Shown piece by piece: positions 47,180 to 63,327 of a DNA stretch of 64,000 bases. Source of the stretch: the human T2T-CHM13v2.0 reference genome, Homo sapiens. Position numbers and translations under genes: made by a program. Location: assembly GCF_009914755.1 (NCBI RefSeq), contig NC_060943.1, one strand, 5' to 3'. The notes below the pieces were generated by a model that worked only from the letters and a program-made list of their open reading frames with translations, was not told where the DNA came from and ran no database searches. Numbering within the stretch: position 1 is the first letter of the stretch; every line of letters starts with the position of its first letter.

Positions 47180-47420
47180 TCAAAGAAAAAAAAAAAAGAC
47201 ATAATTTTTGTCTACAAACTCTCACAGAGGCATTAAAGAGTAAAATCAGTTATGTTGTATTGTTTCATAAAAGTTTTACTTATTTTGTAACAATTGTATT
47301 GGATAATAATCACAATGAGGTAGAGTTTTAACTGGAAAACAAATGCTGCCTCTCTGTGCCTATATGGATAGGGAAGCTGAGGAGACCAGAAATTCAAGTG
47401 TTAAGAAGGTAACTTTTGGC

Positions 47421-48029
<609 letters not shown>

Positions 48030-50371
48030 TCAGCCAGGCCTCTCAGCCCTGCTCTGCTGGGGGCCTCCACACCTGCAGAGCCAACATGGGCCTCAGATCA
48101 GCACCAGCCACTTCAGTTCTAATTCCAGGTGGGGCTGAGCTGTCCTGGGGCAGGACAGCTCAGCCCCACCTGGAACTCAGGAGCTTCCTGGAGACAGGCA
48201 GTCCGGCTCACCTGGTATAGTAGATCCAGGTGAGGCCATAGGTGAGGAGGAAGCCAGCCCCCATGAGAGCCCCCCTGATCAGGGTGAGGACGAGGGGCCA
48301 GGAGCCCTGCTGTTTCTCAGTTACACATATGCAGGAAGAGGAGCTTCCTGGGAGAAAGGAGAAGGTAAGGTGCTGTTACCAGGCCTCAGTCCCTCCCACC
48401 AACCTGAATACCTCACCGGGCTGTCTACCCTCAGCACCTGTCCTGCAACTCACTCTGCACAGAAAGGATGAAGGACAGGTGCTGGGAGCCCAGCGGATGC
48501 TGAACCCGGCAGGTGAATTCCCCTCCCTCTCTAGCTCCTATGTTAGGCAGCTCCAGGGTCCCAGACATTGAGGTCTGGGAAGGATTGAGGGCTTTTCCCT
48601 CCCGGAACCAGCTCAGTGAGGCAGGGGGGTTGCTGTCAACTGTGCAGGCGAGGAACAGGGACTGGCCCTCCTGGATGGGCACCGACATGCCATTGCTCAG
48701 GATCCGCAGGGCTGGGAAAGAGAAGCACAGCCAGGTGAGTGGAGCTGGGAGGCCCAATTCTCCCTCATTCCTCCCACTGAGCTGCAAGAAGAAAGACAAG
48801 ACTGTGTGGTGAGTGCTGAGAATGGGCTAGTCATGGGTGAAAGGATGAGGACTTGGTGATCAGGTCAGGCTACCAGAAAGAAGGTGGCTGAGCTGAGAAA
48901 AGACAGATGAGGAGGAGTTCTCACATTAAGGAGAAGTGGATGGGCAGCTCAGGTGCAGACGTGCCAAGAACTGAGACAGGCAGACGAGGAAAGAGGCTCC
49001 TAGATCCGCAACCTGTCAGGGAGGACCCAGAGCTCCCAAGACACGATAATGGAGGTAGAAGCAGGCTCAGATCTTTTGGAGCATTGGGTGCCAGATTGAG
49101 GGCCTTGGGCTTTATCCTGGAAAGCAAGAGGGGGCTATAAGCAAGGGAAACAGAGTTAGCACTGGATCTAGAAAGATCCTGCTGGAGCCAAGTAGGTCCC
49201 GGACTGGAGAGAAGTGGGATGGGAGGCAGGGAGGCTGGGAGGAGGCTGGGGCAATGGGCCAGGGTTGAGCACGAGACTTGAGCTGGGCCTGGAACCAACG
49301 GGATGAGGAGGGAAGTGATGATTGGTGAAGTAAAGGTGTTAAGACTTGCGGACTCATGAAACAGCTGATGAGAAAGGGTGCTGTCTACAGCGATGTCCAG
49401 AACAGCCCTGGGATCAACAGGGAAGGAGGAGCCGAGAAGCATCCGAGGGAGGTGGCTAAATGTGCAGATCTGTGCCTCAGAGAAAGGGCTGGATATAAAG
49501 TTGTGGGAGGCATCAGGACAGGGTCAAGGAGAGATCGGATTACTCAGGAATGTGGAGGGGAAGAACTGGGTTCTGGGACAGAGCTGTGGGAGGTGGGAAA
49601 GTCGAAGGCTCCCAAAAAGGACGATCAGTTAGAGATGAAGCAGGGCATGCATCAGAGGACATGGGAGCAGGCAGAAATTCAAGAAAAGGGAACAGCGTGT
49701 CCTGAGTACTCAAACTCACAGAGACAGAAAAGTAGAATGGTGACTGCTCGGTGGCAGGAGGGGGAAGTGGAAAGTCGCTGTTCAGTGGGTACAAAGTTTC
49801 AGTTTTGCCAGATAAAAGGAGCTCTGCAGTTTGGTTTTGCAACAATGTGAACACATTTAACACTGCTGAACTGTACTCTTTAAAATGGCTAAGATGACAA
49901 ATTTTGTGCTATGTGTATTTTCTCACAATGAAAAAATAAATCTGAAAAAGAGAGCAGAGAAAAGGGAGAAGCCAAAAGAAATACTAGGTCTGTTCGTGCA
50001 AGATCTTAGTGACTGGGATTGGGGGGTTGGGAGCAGGAGGGACCCAGACCCAGGGGCTGAGGGGTGAGGGAGGGTCTCCTCTCCCAATGCTGAACCCTGA
50101 GCTAATAGAAGGCTCCCATCACAGCCCCAGAGGGAAGAGGGTCTTTCCTACCTGTGCCTGTGCCATTTCTGAAGAAGATGCTGATGGCGAGGTTCTGTGG
50201 AGCATCTGGGATAGAAAGATACAGCCCCAGCTTCAGAGGTGACAAGAGGGATGGGCGTGGTCCCGGGAGGGACCCAAGGAGGGGCCACAGAAACCCACCA
50301 GGTGGGGACCGCTGTCCTTCCTGCCCACACACGAGTTTTGCCTGGTTATCATTCTCTTTCTCTCTCTCTCT

Positions 50372-50412
<41 letters not shown>

Positions 50413-51440
50413 CTCACTCCCACTGCCCTTGGGGACTCAGCTGTGTCCCCAGCACCACTCACAGGAGACATTGAGCTGGACAGTTCTCTCCGTGGTCACC
50501 TGAGCTCCTTGGCGTTTCACCTGACAGGTGAGGTTGGTGCCATGGTCCTCGGGCCTGGGGGTGAGGGTGAGCTCCGAGGAGCGGGTGGTCTCAGGGTCCA
50601 GGGGGCTGAGGGCATTCCCCGTCCAGGAGAATGTGAGAGGTGGTCCCGCTTCACAGGATCCTGGAAGGCTGCAGCTCAGCCTTGTGGGGCGGCCGGACTC
50701 CAGAGGCTCCAGAAAGTGGATGTCGGGTTTCTCTATCAGGGCTGAGGAGGAGACAGGGAGATACCTGGGCCCCAGGGGCTTGAGGACGTAAGGTGTGACC
50801 CCGAGAGTGGCCAGGCCTCAGGCCCCGACCTGCCCCAAGTCCTACACCTCCTCCAGCCGCCCCTGCCCAACTCCTGTCCCTGTTCTCATACGGGGGTCTC
50901 CACGTCCCAGGGTCCTCTCCTAGGGTTCCTGCCATACCTGTCACCTCCAAGTTCAGCTTATTCTGTTGGTAGCTATATTTTACATCCCTTCCTCTCTCCA
51001 CGCGGAAGAAATAGCTTCCCGTGTCCTCCATTCTGGCATCTCCGATGCTCAGGGAGCAGTTCTTCTTCTGGACATCCCCAAGGAGGCGGAATCGGCCCTG
51101 GGTCTCTGGCTTCACTCTTCTGTCTGGGTTGTTTGTGGCCACAACCTCAGCGTAGTATGGGATCTCCCCGTCCCGGAACCAGTAGACGTAGAGTGGGGGA
51201 GAGGAATACCAGGATCTCCAGGGGTAAGAGAAGGAGCAGGGCACAAGGACGCACAGGCCCTCCTGCACCGTCACCGACTTCTGCACTTGCAGCTCGTACA
51301 CTGGCTTCTCCTGCAGGGACCCTGGGGGGACACAGAAGCTCAGCTGCAGCTCCAGCCCCCCTTCTCACCCCTGTGCCTGTCCCTCCTCCCTCAGCTCACT
51401 CACCCCCCCACAGCAGGGGCAGCAGCAGCAGGGGCAGCAT
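48030..51440 (-). CDS. SIGLEC14: Sialic acid-binding Ig-like lectin 14, activating (DAP12-coupled) receptor, 396 aa
   Basis: Coding exons: 51440-51404, 51321-50938 (V-set), 50741-50463 (C2), 50205-50152 (linker), 48711-48454 (C2), 48347-48212 ([30 protein letters not shown], Arg codon 48274-48276), 48072-48030 ([14 protein letters not shown]). Total 1191 nt = 396 aa + stop; no ITIM. Confidence 0.98.
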
Positions 51441-51701
51441 GTCTCCATCCGCCAGGGCCCCAGCCCAGTCCCAGGTCCGGCTGTCAGGGAAGGAAATGCT
51501 CCAAATGTCCAAACGTGGGGTGGGGCTGAGAAAGCCCCGACAGGAAGCCGGAGGGTGAGTGAGAGCTGTGGACGCGCACAGAAGGGGAACTTGGGCATCA
51601 CGTGCTGTTGGGGTGAGGCGGGGGCTGGGAAGCCATTCTGCTCCCACCCCCACTGGACGCCGATGGTGAAGATACTGAGGCCCCCAGAGGGGCTTGTCCA
51701 G
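50375..51701. repeat. Near-identical paralogous tract, copy B (SIGLEC14 5' flank to intron 3)
   Basis: Direct repeat of 33949-35285 at offset 16422. Confidence 0.95.
51532..51652 (-). promoter_or_regulatory. SIGLEC14 proximal promoter/5'UTR motifs, near-identical copy of the SIGLEC5 set
   Basis: Same ETS, PU.1-like (51583), E-box (51599) and GC motifs at offset +16422. Confidence 0.5.
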
Positions 51702-52504
51702 ACTTGTAAGTCTAGACTCCTGAGGTCACCAGGTCCCATAGCTGCAGCACTTTCCTTATGCACCTTTGTCTACATAGGAAGGAGAACACCACTTGGCCAG
51801 CTCCCTGGGAGTCAGGGCCTCGGGACCCTCAGCGAGATGGGAGAATAAATCCTTTATGACATGATAGGAGCTGTGGTGAGGGAAGCACACGCTGGGGGTT
51901 TCAGGTGGGGAAGACTTTCCTCTTTCCAGAGGGAAGGCAAGTTGCCAGGGACAAACACATCAGGTGGACATGACCGGGTCCTTAGCAGTCAAGAGAGATG
52001 TGGTCCCCACCACCAGTTGGATTTGGGAACCTCATCTCATCCTTGTCCTTGTCCCAGGCAGCGTCAGACCCCATCCCTGATGTTGACAGCCAGATGAGGC
52101 TTGAGAGCCGGGCATTTGAAATGTGAACGTTGAGGATATGGAATACCAAGTGTGAACCCAGACCCCTCACCTACCGGCTGTTGAACTTTACAAAAGTTAC
52201 CTACCCTCTCTGTGCCTCAGTTTGCTCAGCTGAAAAATACAGACAATAATAGAATTGCTGTGTGGGGATTCAGTGAGGTCTCATGTGTAAAGTGCTTAGG
52301 ACAGTGTCTGGCCCCGAGAATTCACTCATTCAACTGATGCTTCATGGGCGCCTATGGTGCACCAGGCCCCCTGTTTTAGGAGCTGGAGATACAGCAAAGG
52401 ATAAACTCTTAGGATGAGAAGGTAAGTCAAAAATCCTAGTGGGGGCTCCTCTGGGCACACTGCTTATGCATACCCCTGCTCCACGAAGAACAGTAAAAAA
52501 AGAA

Positions 52505-52883
<379 letters not shown>

Positions 52884-52894
52884 CTAAAGAATAA

Positions 52895-53293
<399 letters not shown>

Positions 53294-53517
53294 TGAGTAA
53301 AGATGCGAAGGGCGTGTGGGAATGAGTCCACTGGTATCCATTCCAAGGGAACCACACATTTAAAAGTCCCAAGGTAGGAACACACGTGGTGTGCTTGGAA
53401 AATAGCCATATGCCAGCATTGAGGGGTGATCAGTGGGGAAGATGGTAGGAGGGTAGGTCTGGGAGGTGTCCTGGGTCTGATCATGAAGAGATTTGGGAGC
53501 TCTCATAAGAAGTTCAC

Positions 53518-54363
53518 TTTTTTCTTGTCCAGCTGGAACTATGGAAGGTGTCAAAGAGAGGAAGAAGAAAAAGAAGGTTCCTGCTGTGCCAGAAACCCTT
53601 AAGAAAAAGGGAAGCAATTTCACAGAGCTGAAGATCAAGCCCCTGAGAAGGAATTTTGCCCAAAAGATGCTTCGAAAGACAAGGAAGAAGCTTTTCTAGG
53701 AAAAAGCGAAGCACTATCACAAGGAATATAGGCAGATGGACAGAACTGAAATTTGAATGCAAGGAAGGCAAGAAAAGCTAGCAACTTCTATGCAACTGCA
53801 GAACCCAAATTGGCCTTTGTCATCAGGATCTGAGGGGTCAATGGTGGGAGCCCAAAGGTCCGAAAGGTGTTGCAGCTTCTTCGCCATTGTCAACTCTCCA
53901 ATGGAAGCTTTGTGAAGCTCAATAAAGCATCAATTAACAGGCTGAGGATTCAGAACCACATATCGCATGGGGGCACCCAAACCTGAAGTCAGTAAATGAA
54001 CTAACCTACAAGCGTGGTTATGACAAAATCAATAAGAAGCAAATTGCTTTGACAGATAACACTTTGATTGCTTGATAAATATGTAAATATAGCATCATCT
54101 GCTATATAAGGATCCAATTCATGGGACCTGTACTGCTGGAAAATGATTTGAAGAAATAACTTCTCGTAGCCCTTCAAATTATCCTCTCCACAAGGTAGAA
54201 TGAGGAAAGAGACAACCCATTTTGTAGAAGGTGGAGATGCTGGCAACAAGGAGCACCAGATCAACAGGCTTCTTAGAAGAATGAACTAAGGTGTCTACCA
54301 TTATTTATTTTTCTAATCTGGTCAGTTAATTAACAGTACCCACTTTCAAACTGAAAACAAAAA
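53518..54363 (+). pseudogene. Processed RPL7 pseudogene upstream of SIGLEC14
   Basis: ATG 53541 [24 protein letters not shown]...; premature TAG 53697-53699 and frameshifts; ends [24 protein letters not shown] (TAA 54287-54289); 3'UTR and A-rich tail. Confidence 0.93.
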
Positions 54364-54379
54364 CCTGACTTTTGCTGAG

Positions 54380-54882
54380 TGTATTAGCCAGGGTTCTCCA
54401 GAGAAACAGAATCAACGGGATGTGTCTGTGTGTGTGTGTGTGTGTGTTTATTATAAGGAATTGACTCACACAATTATTGAAGCAGAAAAGTCCCAAGATC
54501 CTCAGTCGGCAAGCTGGAGACCTGGGAGAACTGACGGTGTAGCTCCAGTCCACAAGCTTCCAGGCTGGAGATCCAGGAAGAGCCAAAGTTTCAGCTCTAG
54601 TCCAAAGGCAGGAGGAAAGTCAGGTCCCAGCTTGCAGGTAGTCAGGCAAAAGGAGTTCCCCTTACTCACAGGAGCGCCAGGCTTTTTGCTCTATCCAGGC
54701 CTTCAACCAACTGGTCAAGGCTCACCCACCCTGGGGAGGGCAATCCACTTTACTCAAAGTCTACTGATTTAAATGTTAATCTCATCCCAAAACACCCTCA
54801 CAGGAACACCCAGAATAGTATTTGAGCAAATACCAGGGCACTCTATGGCCCTGTCAAGTGGAGACCTAAAATTAACCATCAC
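54380..54882 (-). mobile_element. MLT2 (HERVL) LTR
   Basis: tgtattagccagggttctccagagaaacagaa ... aaaattaaccatcaca. Confidence 0.8.
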
Positions 54883-55400
54883 ACTGAGCAAATTGTGAAG
54901 ACAGGGGTTGAACAGAGAAGGGGCAGGATTTTATTTGTTTTTACCTGATCACTCTGCTTGCTTTCCTGAGACTAGACTCTGCTGAGCCATTGCAATGCTT
55001 GGGAGGTGAGAGGAGGGTGCTCAGGTCTCCAAGGACACAGTGGAAGTGGTGAGAAGAGGGGGAGTTAACAGTATTTGTCAACAGATTGGACACACATGGG
55101 AAGAGAAAGGAAAGGGCCACAGATAATGCTTGTTTTTGACCTGAGATGTTGCAGGCTTGAAGCTGCCATTGAGAGAAGAGGAAAAGACTTCAAGAGAAGA
55201 ATCGGGAGCTCAGCTTGGGACACGTTGGGTTAGATGTGCTTATTAGACATACAAGTGGAAGGAAAAGGAAAGGGGTTAGATCTGTGGGTCTGGAATTTAG
55301 GAAAAATAGGAAAAAGTTCTGGCTGGAGACAAAAGTGGGGTCATTCATGTTCAAAGAGTGTCTGTAGTCATGAGCCTGAGTGACATCACAAAGAGCATGA

Positions 55401-55720
<320 letters not shown>

Positions 55721-57459
55721 TGAAAAAGGGACAGAGACCATCTCCAGGGCTTCCATGATCTGGATATCACACCCACTTTCCCACTGAAAATAACTAAAAA
55801 TACAGGGAAGATAATTAATGCAAATCTTCTTTAAACCATGGAATGGCTGACAAGAGAGAAAATAATTTACAGTCAAAACTGTAGGAGATGGCGGGAACCA
55901 AGAGAGGGAAGCAGAGCACCAAAGTCACACGTGCCCTCCGGGAATTTTAAATGTGGGGAACTTGAATTTGGGGTTTCCTAGACCTGAGGATGAGAGTCAG
56001 ACTATGCACCAGGTGTAGGGGAAGTGCAGGGTTCCTGGTCACTCTCTCTTTCTGCACACCCCCAGGCTCTGTCTAGGGAAATGAAACTCAAGTGCAGCCA
56101 ACCCCACTCTCCGCCCCCATCCACCCTCTGACTGCTGCCCCATTCAATGGCAGGGAGGCCAGAAGCATCTCTAGGCTGGAGGAGACCCAAGTCCCTGCCC
56201 TGGAATCACCTCATTCTCTAACCCCATACTCTGATTCATCTACTAGGAGCGGGAACGCAGAAGAGATAAGTGAGCGGGAAGGAAGTTGCATTCAGAAGAT
56301 ACAACACATAGACATAAGCACTCTGATTCAGTAGAAGAGGAAGTTTCCCCATGATGTCTCCAGCCTGGGTCCCCAGCCACCCTTCTGAGAGTATCTGAGT
56401 TGATGTGGAAATATGAACACAACACCACGCTCTTGGTGTCAGATCTCCAGCTCCAATGCTGAGTCCAATGTACAAATCTTGTAACCCTTGGCAGACTTGC
56501 CCTCATCTTCACTTCCTCCTCTACACTTTTGGGTTTTCCAAGTTTGAGGGAAAGGCAGAGGTCTCCAATGGCTCTGATCTCCTATGCAGTGGTGTTATTA
56601 TTTGTTTGCTTGCTTATTTGTTGACTGCCCACAACCCAGTTCTTCACCCATAGCCCTATTTTATTTTCCTTTGGAGAACTACCACTATCAGCCCCATCCC
56701 TCACTTCAGCGGGGAGTCTGTGAATTGTGCAGGGAGCACTGTCCAATTGACATAGCTCATCACCAACAATGCTGCGGCCAATTTTAAGAACAAGCCCGTG
56801 TCCAATTGCCTCTAAAGATCCAAGTTCCAGGATTTTTGCCACACCTTCAGGAAAAATAGCTGTTCAGTTTCTCCTGGCATCCCTGGGTGGAAGAAATGTA
56901 AGCCTGCAGCTGCCTGAGAACAAAGTCAACAGAGGAAGGAAGAACTCTAGGGTTAACAAACGACAAAAAAGGATTTTAGAGACATCAACCAATTCTGGAA
57001 CCTGCTGTGCCTGAAGCTGGTGTACTTCAGAACTTTTCGGCTAAGTGGGCCAATGCTTGGCTTTTATTTCCCAATAGGCCCATTTGAGCTAGATTGATCT
57101 TGCTTGCACCCCAAAGAGTTCTGCCTGATATAACCTCTCCCCTAGCCACTGTGTTCCACTTCCCCTCAGCTACTCTGCGTCAGACCCTGAAGCTGCCAAA
57201 AGCCTCCCTGTGAGACTTGATCTCAATTTCAGAGTTCACAACCCTTCCATGACTTTTGGGAAAGATCCTGACATGTGCCCCTCCCTTATAACAAGACCCT
57301 CTGTGACAGCCATGAACATAAAGTCAATTACCAGGCCTGGTGGCATGTGCCTATAGTCCTAACTGTTCTGAAGGCTAAGGTGGGAGGATTGCTTGAGCCT
57401 AGGAGTTCAAGATCAGCCTGGGCAATGTAATGAGACCCTGTCTCTACAAAAAATTTACA

Positions 57460-58555
57460 AATGAGGATTAATAACCAGAATATGTAAGGAGCTCAAACAA
57501 CTCTAGGACAAAATCTAATAATCCAACCAAAAACTGGGCAAAAGATCTCAACAGATATTTCTCAATAGAAGACATACAAATGGCAAACAGGTATATGAAA
57601 AGGTACTTGGCATCATTGATAATCAGAGAAATACAAATCAAAATTACAATGAGATGTCATCTCATCCCAGTTAAAATGGCTTATATCCAAAAGACAGGCA
57701 ATAACAAATTCTGGCAAGGGTGTAGAGAAAAGGGAATCCTTGTACACTGTTGGCGGGAAGGTAAGTTAATATAGCCACTGTGAAGAACAATTTTGAAATT
57801 CCTCAAAAAATTAAAAATAGAGCTACCATATGATCTAGCAATCCCACTGCTGGGCATATACCCAAAAGGAAGGAAATCAGTATACGGAAGAGATATCTGC
57901 ACTCCCAAGTTTATTGTAGCACTGTTCACAAAAGCCAAGACTTGAAAGCAACCTAAATATCCGCCAACAGATGAATGGATAAAGAAAATGTGGTGCTTAT
58001 ACACAAGGGAGTACTATTCAGCCATGAAAAAGAATGAGATCCTGTCATTTGCAATAACCATGGATGGAACTGGAGGTCACTATGTTGAGTGAAATAAACC
58101 AAGCACTGAAAGACAAACTTTGCATGGTCTCACTTATTGGAGGAAACTAAGAATTAAAACAATTGAACTCATGGAGATAGAGAGTGGAAGGATGGGTTAC
58201 CAGAGACTGGGGAGGATAGAGGGCATGGGGGAGGGGAGAAGGTGGGGATGGTTAATGGGTACAAAAAAATTGGAAAGATGAAATGAGACCTCGTATTTGA
58301 TAGCACCACAGGGTGATTATAGTCAAAAATAATTTAATTGTATATTTTAAAATAACTTAAAAAGTATAATTGGATTGTTTATAACACAAAGGATAAATGC
58401 ATGAGGTGATGGATACTTCATTTACCTTGATGTGATTGTTACATGTTGCATGCCTGTATCAAAATATCTTGTGTAACCCAGAAATATATACACCTACTAT
58501 GTATCCACAAAAATTTAAAAACTTAAAAATTAAACTAAAAATTAAAATTAAAAAA
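57460..58555 (+). mobile_element. L1MA 3' fragment inserted into the linker of an AluJ (left arm ~57330-57455, right arm ~58556-58717)
   Basis: ORF2 tail (MANRYMKR...) and L1MA 3'UTR flanked by the two Alu monomers. Confidence 0.8.
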
Positions 58556-58763
58556 TACAAAATTAGCCAGGTGTAGTGGTGCATGCATGTAGTTGCAGCT
58601 ACTCAGGAGGCTGAGGCAGGAGGATTGCTTGAGGCCAGAGGTCAAGGCTGCAGTGAGCTATGATCATGCCACTACATTCCAGCCTGGACGACAGAGAGAG
58701 ATGCAACCCTGTCTCCAAAATTAATTAATTTATTAATTAATAATTAAAATAATCAAAACCAGT

Positions 58764-59306
58764 TGTAAAAATAAAGAACAACTAAATGAGAACAAGGAAA
58801 GGCTATGTATTCAGTTCTTGCTATGACAAGAGAGTCAGCCACCATTATTTGTGTTCTGGCAGAGACTCACAGGCAGGCAGTGGAGTGGGAGAGCTTCATA
58901 GTGGGGAAAAGAGAAAACTTCAGGTGTGTCCTGATTGGAGGCTATTGGCCTGGGGAAGCTGTAGGTGAGCCAGCTAGAAGCAGGTAATCCTACATGATTG
59001 GGTTAAGAAACCATATCCACTTTCTCTGATTTGGTCCTAAGTAGAAAGTGGGGACAGAAATTAGGGAAGCTGTCAGTTATTAATCAAGTCCCAGGCCAAT
59101 TTAGGGCCAATCGTTACAGGGATTATTGTTTAGCTTCCTGGACAGGTTACCAGAGACAAGTCTGGTTTATAGAGAGTAGCCTGGCTTCCTGAGCTGGTGA
59201 CTGTGGATGATGGGCTGGCTTTTCACAGCTGGTTGCTGCAAATTAGGAGTCAGAGTTCTAGTTTTATATATGATCTGGCCATTTCTGCATGTATATTCAG
59301 GCTCTC
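58764..59306 (-). mobile_element. MER67-like LTR
   Basis: Minus strand begins ctgaatatacatg..aatggccagatcatatataaaactagaactctgac; family from memory. Confidence 0.55.
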
Positions 59307-60330
59307 ACAGGGTAGGAGAGCAATTTTCCACATTCAAAAAGAGATACAAAATTTATTTCAGGGAGAAGACCTATATACTTGTTTTTCAAAACAAATCGAT
59401 CACCTTTTTGGGTGTCTAAACAGTAAGCCCAGGACTAGCCTGGAGGGTGAGCTGAAGAACAGGCTAAATTTTCTCTGCATAATAGAATAATGTGAATCCT
59501 AAGATTGTGGCTGAGAGAGAAAAGACAGCAAATGTCCTGGTCTTGATGGCAATGGAAGTGGTGGGGACATGAGCTGGTGTTCTCTTTTGATAGATGGGAC
59601 CCCAGCAGCCTGGTGACAGCAGACATATAGCCGGTACCAGGTTCTGTGGCGTGGAGATGGATGGTGGAGATTAATGTCCCATGTAGGTTGCTCTGTTAGG
59701 GCTCTGCCTACTGGACCTGGTGAGCTCAGCATTTTTGACACGTCTTTTGGGACCATTCACTACTGCTTTCCCCAAACTTTCTGTATGTTTTACACAATAT
59801 CACTGGATTAAGAGGACCGAGGAATGCAAGAAGGAAGTGTTTGTTCCCATGTCAGGAGGAAAGAACAGCACTGTGCAAATGACAATTAGGAGAATACCGT
59901 TATCTACCGTAATCTTCCCAAATAATGTACAGGGTGGGAAGTTTGGGATTCACTGTACTTCTGTGGCTTGGGTTCCATTTATTTCCTTTAGACTTTAAAA
60001 TCCTGGAAGGGTGCAGCATTGGGGGATCTCTGGTTTGCACCCTGCACAATGCAAAAATCCTTGAGGATATCAGTTTGGTATCACCATCATGTGGACATCA
60101 TTGAAGGTAGGGAAGGGGAACTGAGAACAAAGGCAGAGCCTCCCCACCCCCCTCCCCCGGCCCGCGTCTGAGAATGTGAAACAATGTTGTGAAGCTGAAG
60201 TATGGACAGGAAATGATGAAGGACTCCAACTAGCATAGGTATAGACCACAGGAAGGATGGGATACATGTTTGAACAGTGGTGGCATCAAGGCTGAAGAAG
60301 ACACCAGGCACCTGTAAAGAGTCTCTCTCC

Positions 60331-60940
<610 letters not shown>

Positions 60941-60968
60941 TTAACTAATTTACACCACTAAAATATTG

Positions 60969-61257
60969 GGCCGGGCACAGTGGCTCATGCCTGTAATCCC
61001 AGCACTTTGGGAGCCGAGGTGGGCGGATCACCTGAGGTCAGCAGTTCAAGACCACTCTGGCCCACATGGCGAAACCCCGTCTCTACTAAAAATACAAAAA
61101 TAGCCATGTGTGGTGGCACACGCCTGTAAATCCAGCTATTTGGTAGGCTGAGGCAGGAGAAGTACTTGAGCCTGGAAGGTGGAGGTTGCAGTGAGCATGC
61201 CACTGCATTCCAGCCTGGGAGACAGAGCGACACTTTGTCTCAAAAAAAAAAAAAAAG
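60969..61257 (+). mobile_element. AluS
   Basis: Full dimer. Confidence 0.9.
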
Positions 61258-61288
61258 AAAGAAAGAAAGAAAAGAAAGAAGGAAAGAA

Positions 61289-61340
<52 letters not shown>

Positions 61341-61366
61341 AGGAAAGAAAAGAAAGAAGGAAAGAA

Positions 61367-61418
<52 letters not shown>

Positions 61419-61490
61419 AAAGAAAGAAGGAAAGAAAAGAAAGAAAGAAAGGAAAGAAAGAAAAGAAAGAAAGAAAAGAAAAAGAAAAAA
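61243..61490. repeat. (GAAA)n polypurine tract expanded from an Alu tail
   Basis: ~250 bp of A/G only. Confidence 0.95.
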
Positions 61491-63020
61491 TTGGAAGACA
61501 ATCTCACACTGACATGAAAGCCCCGACTTTCTTGGAAAATAGGAAGATGTGGTATCCTCACATGTAGCGATCAGCCGAGGCTGAGCAAGAACCAATCACC
61601 TTTACTTTGACGCACTCCCCACCATGTGCTATCATCTCCCTCTACTAAAGCCAAAGTCCAGGTGCGATTTGTCGGAATACTTGCCCAGTTGTTTTCCTTA
61701 CACAAATCCACTTCCCTCATTTGCCGTAACTGCCTTGACCATGCAGAGGTTTGATTCAGGGGCACTGGACCTACCAAACAAAAGATACCGGATGTCTCTC
61801 TTTTTGGCTCATCAGCAGAGGTCAAGCTCCCTTGAGAAAGAAAAGGAAACCAAAGCCCAAGGGCTCCCCCTGCTGGACCCAGTGAGCTCAGCATTTTTGG
61901 CACATTACAGACGTTAAACTTGAAGAGACACATTCCCAAAGTATTAATGCGCAAGGCCAAGCCTCCAACGGAAATGTACAACAAAAAAAAAAAAAAAGAA
62001 GAAGAAGGAAAATAAAATAGAATAAGACTTCTTGTCTCTGCTCGGACATGAGAAGAACTTCGAAGTTGTCACTTTTGTTCTTACAACAAGAAAAGGCTGA
62101 ACAAACTGAGAATCAACAGCTTTTCTTAGACACGTCTAAAGAACTGCAGTAACACAGTGAATTACCATCCCCAAGTCTGGAGACACTGGCAAATCCAGAG
62201 AGTTACTAATGAGATCCATTTACACAGGGCAGAAGCTGCTGGAGTCACTAACTGGTGAAGACATTTGCATGATAATTCTGACAAGTTGCTGCAGGCTGGG
62301 TAACAATTAGCTCAAGAATGATAAATTTCTACAGGTGTCAGTCTTAGGAGTCCCCACACTTTCGTGGATTTTACCTCCAGTAACTCTACCAGTGAAGAGC
62401 CCAGAAAGGCCCCCTAGCCCATAGCCCTGGTAGGGAGAAGGAAGAGTAACTGTTGTTAAGTATACCCAGAGCATTCTCCCCAACACAGGCCTATTCTCCA
62501 GGGATAAAGAATTTATCGGTACCTTCTCCCACCTGGAAGAAGGGATTTCTCCTGGCCGGGCATGGTGGCTCGTGCCTGTAATCCTAGCACTTTGGGAGGC
62601 TGAGTTGAGAGGATCACTGGAGGCCAGGAGTTCAAGACCAGCCCGGTCAGCATGGCAAGAAACCCCATCTCAAAAAAAAGGAGAAGGAGGAAGGAGGAGG
62701 AGGAGATTTTCTCCTGAATCCAGCACGGCACATTCTAGACTTCCTGTCTCACCTGAAATGAATGGAGAGAAGCTGAGAATCACTTGTGAATGCCATAACC
62801 CAGAGGCACAGGTCCCCTAAAAGACGGATATTTAATCGCAGCGTGTTTAATAATGACTTGCAAAGCTATACAGACCCTAATTCCTAGAACCTGTGAATGT
62901 GACCTGTGGCAAGAGAGACTTTGATGGTGTGATTAAGATTCTCAAGATGGGGAGATCATTTTGAATTACCTAAGTGGACCTTCAATGTAATTGCAAGGGT
63001 CCTTAAAAGACAGGCAGCAG

Positions 63021-63327
63021 GGCTGGGCGCAGTGGCTCATACCTGTAATCCCAGCACTTTGAGAGGCTGAGGCGGGAGGATCACGAGGTCTAGAGATCGA
63101 GACCATCCTGGCCAACATGGTGAAATCCTGTCTCTACTAAAAATACAAAAATTAGCTGGGCATGGTGGCACGCACCTGTAGTCCCAGCTACTCAGGAGGC
63201 TGAGGCTGAGGAATCGTTTGAACCTGGGAGGCAGAGGTTGCAGTGAGCCTAGACTGTGCCACTGCACTCCAGCCTGGCGACAGAGTGAGACTCCGTCTCA
63301 AAAAAAAAAAGAAAAAGAAAAAGAAAA
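63021..63327 (+). mobile_element. AluS
   Basis: Full dimer. Confidence 0.9.

Noticed and set aside
61086-61595. Phe/Ser-rich and Lys/Glu/Arg-rich ORFs
   Set aside because: Translations of the (GAAA)n tract and the adjacent Alu.
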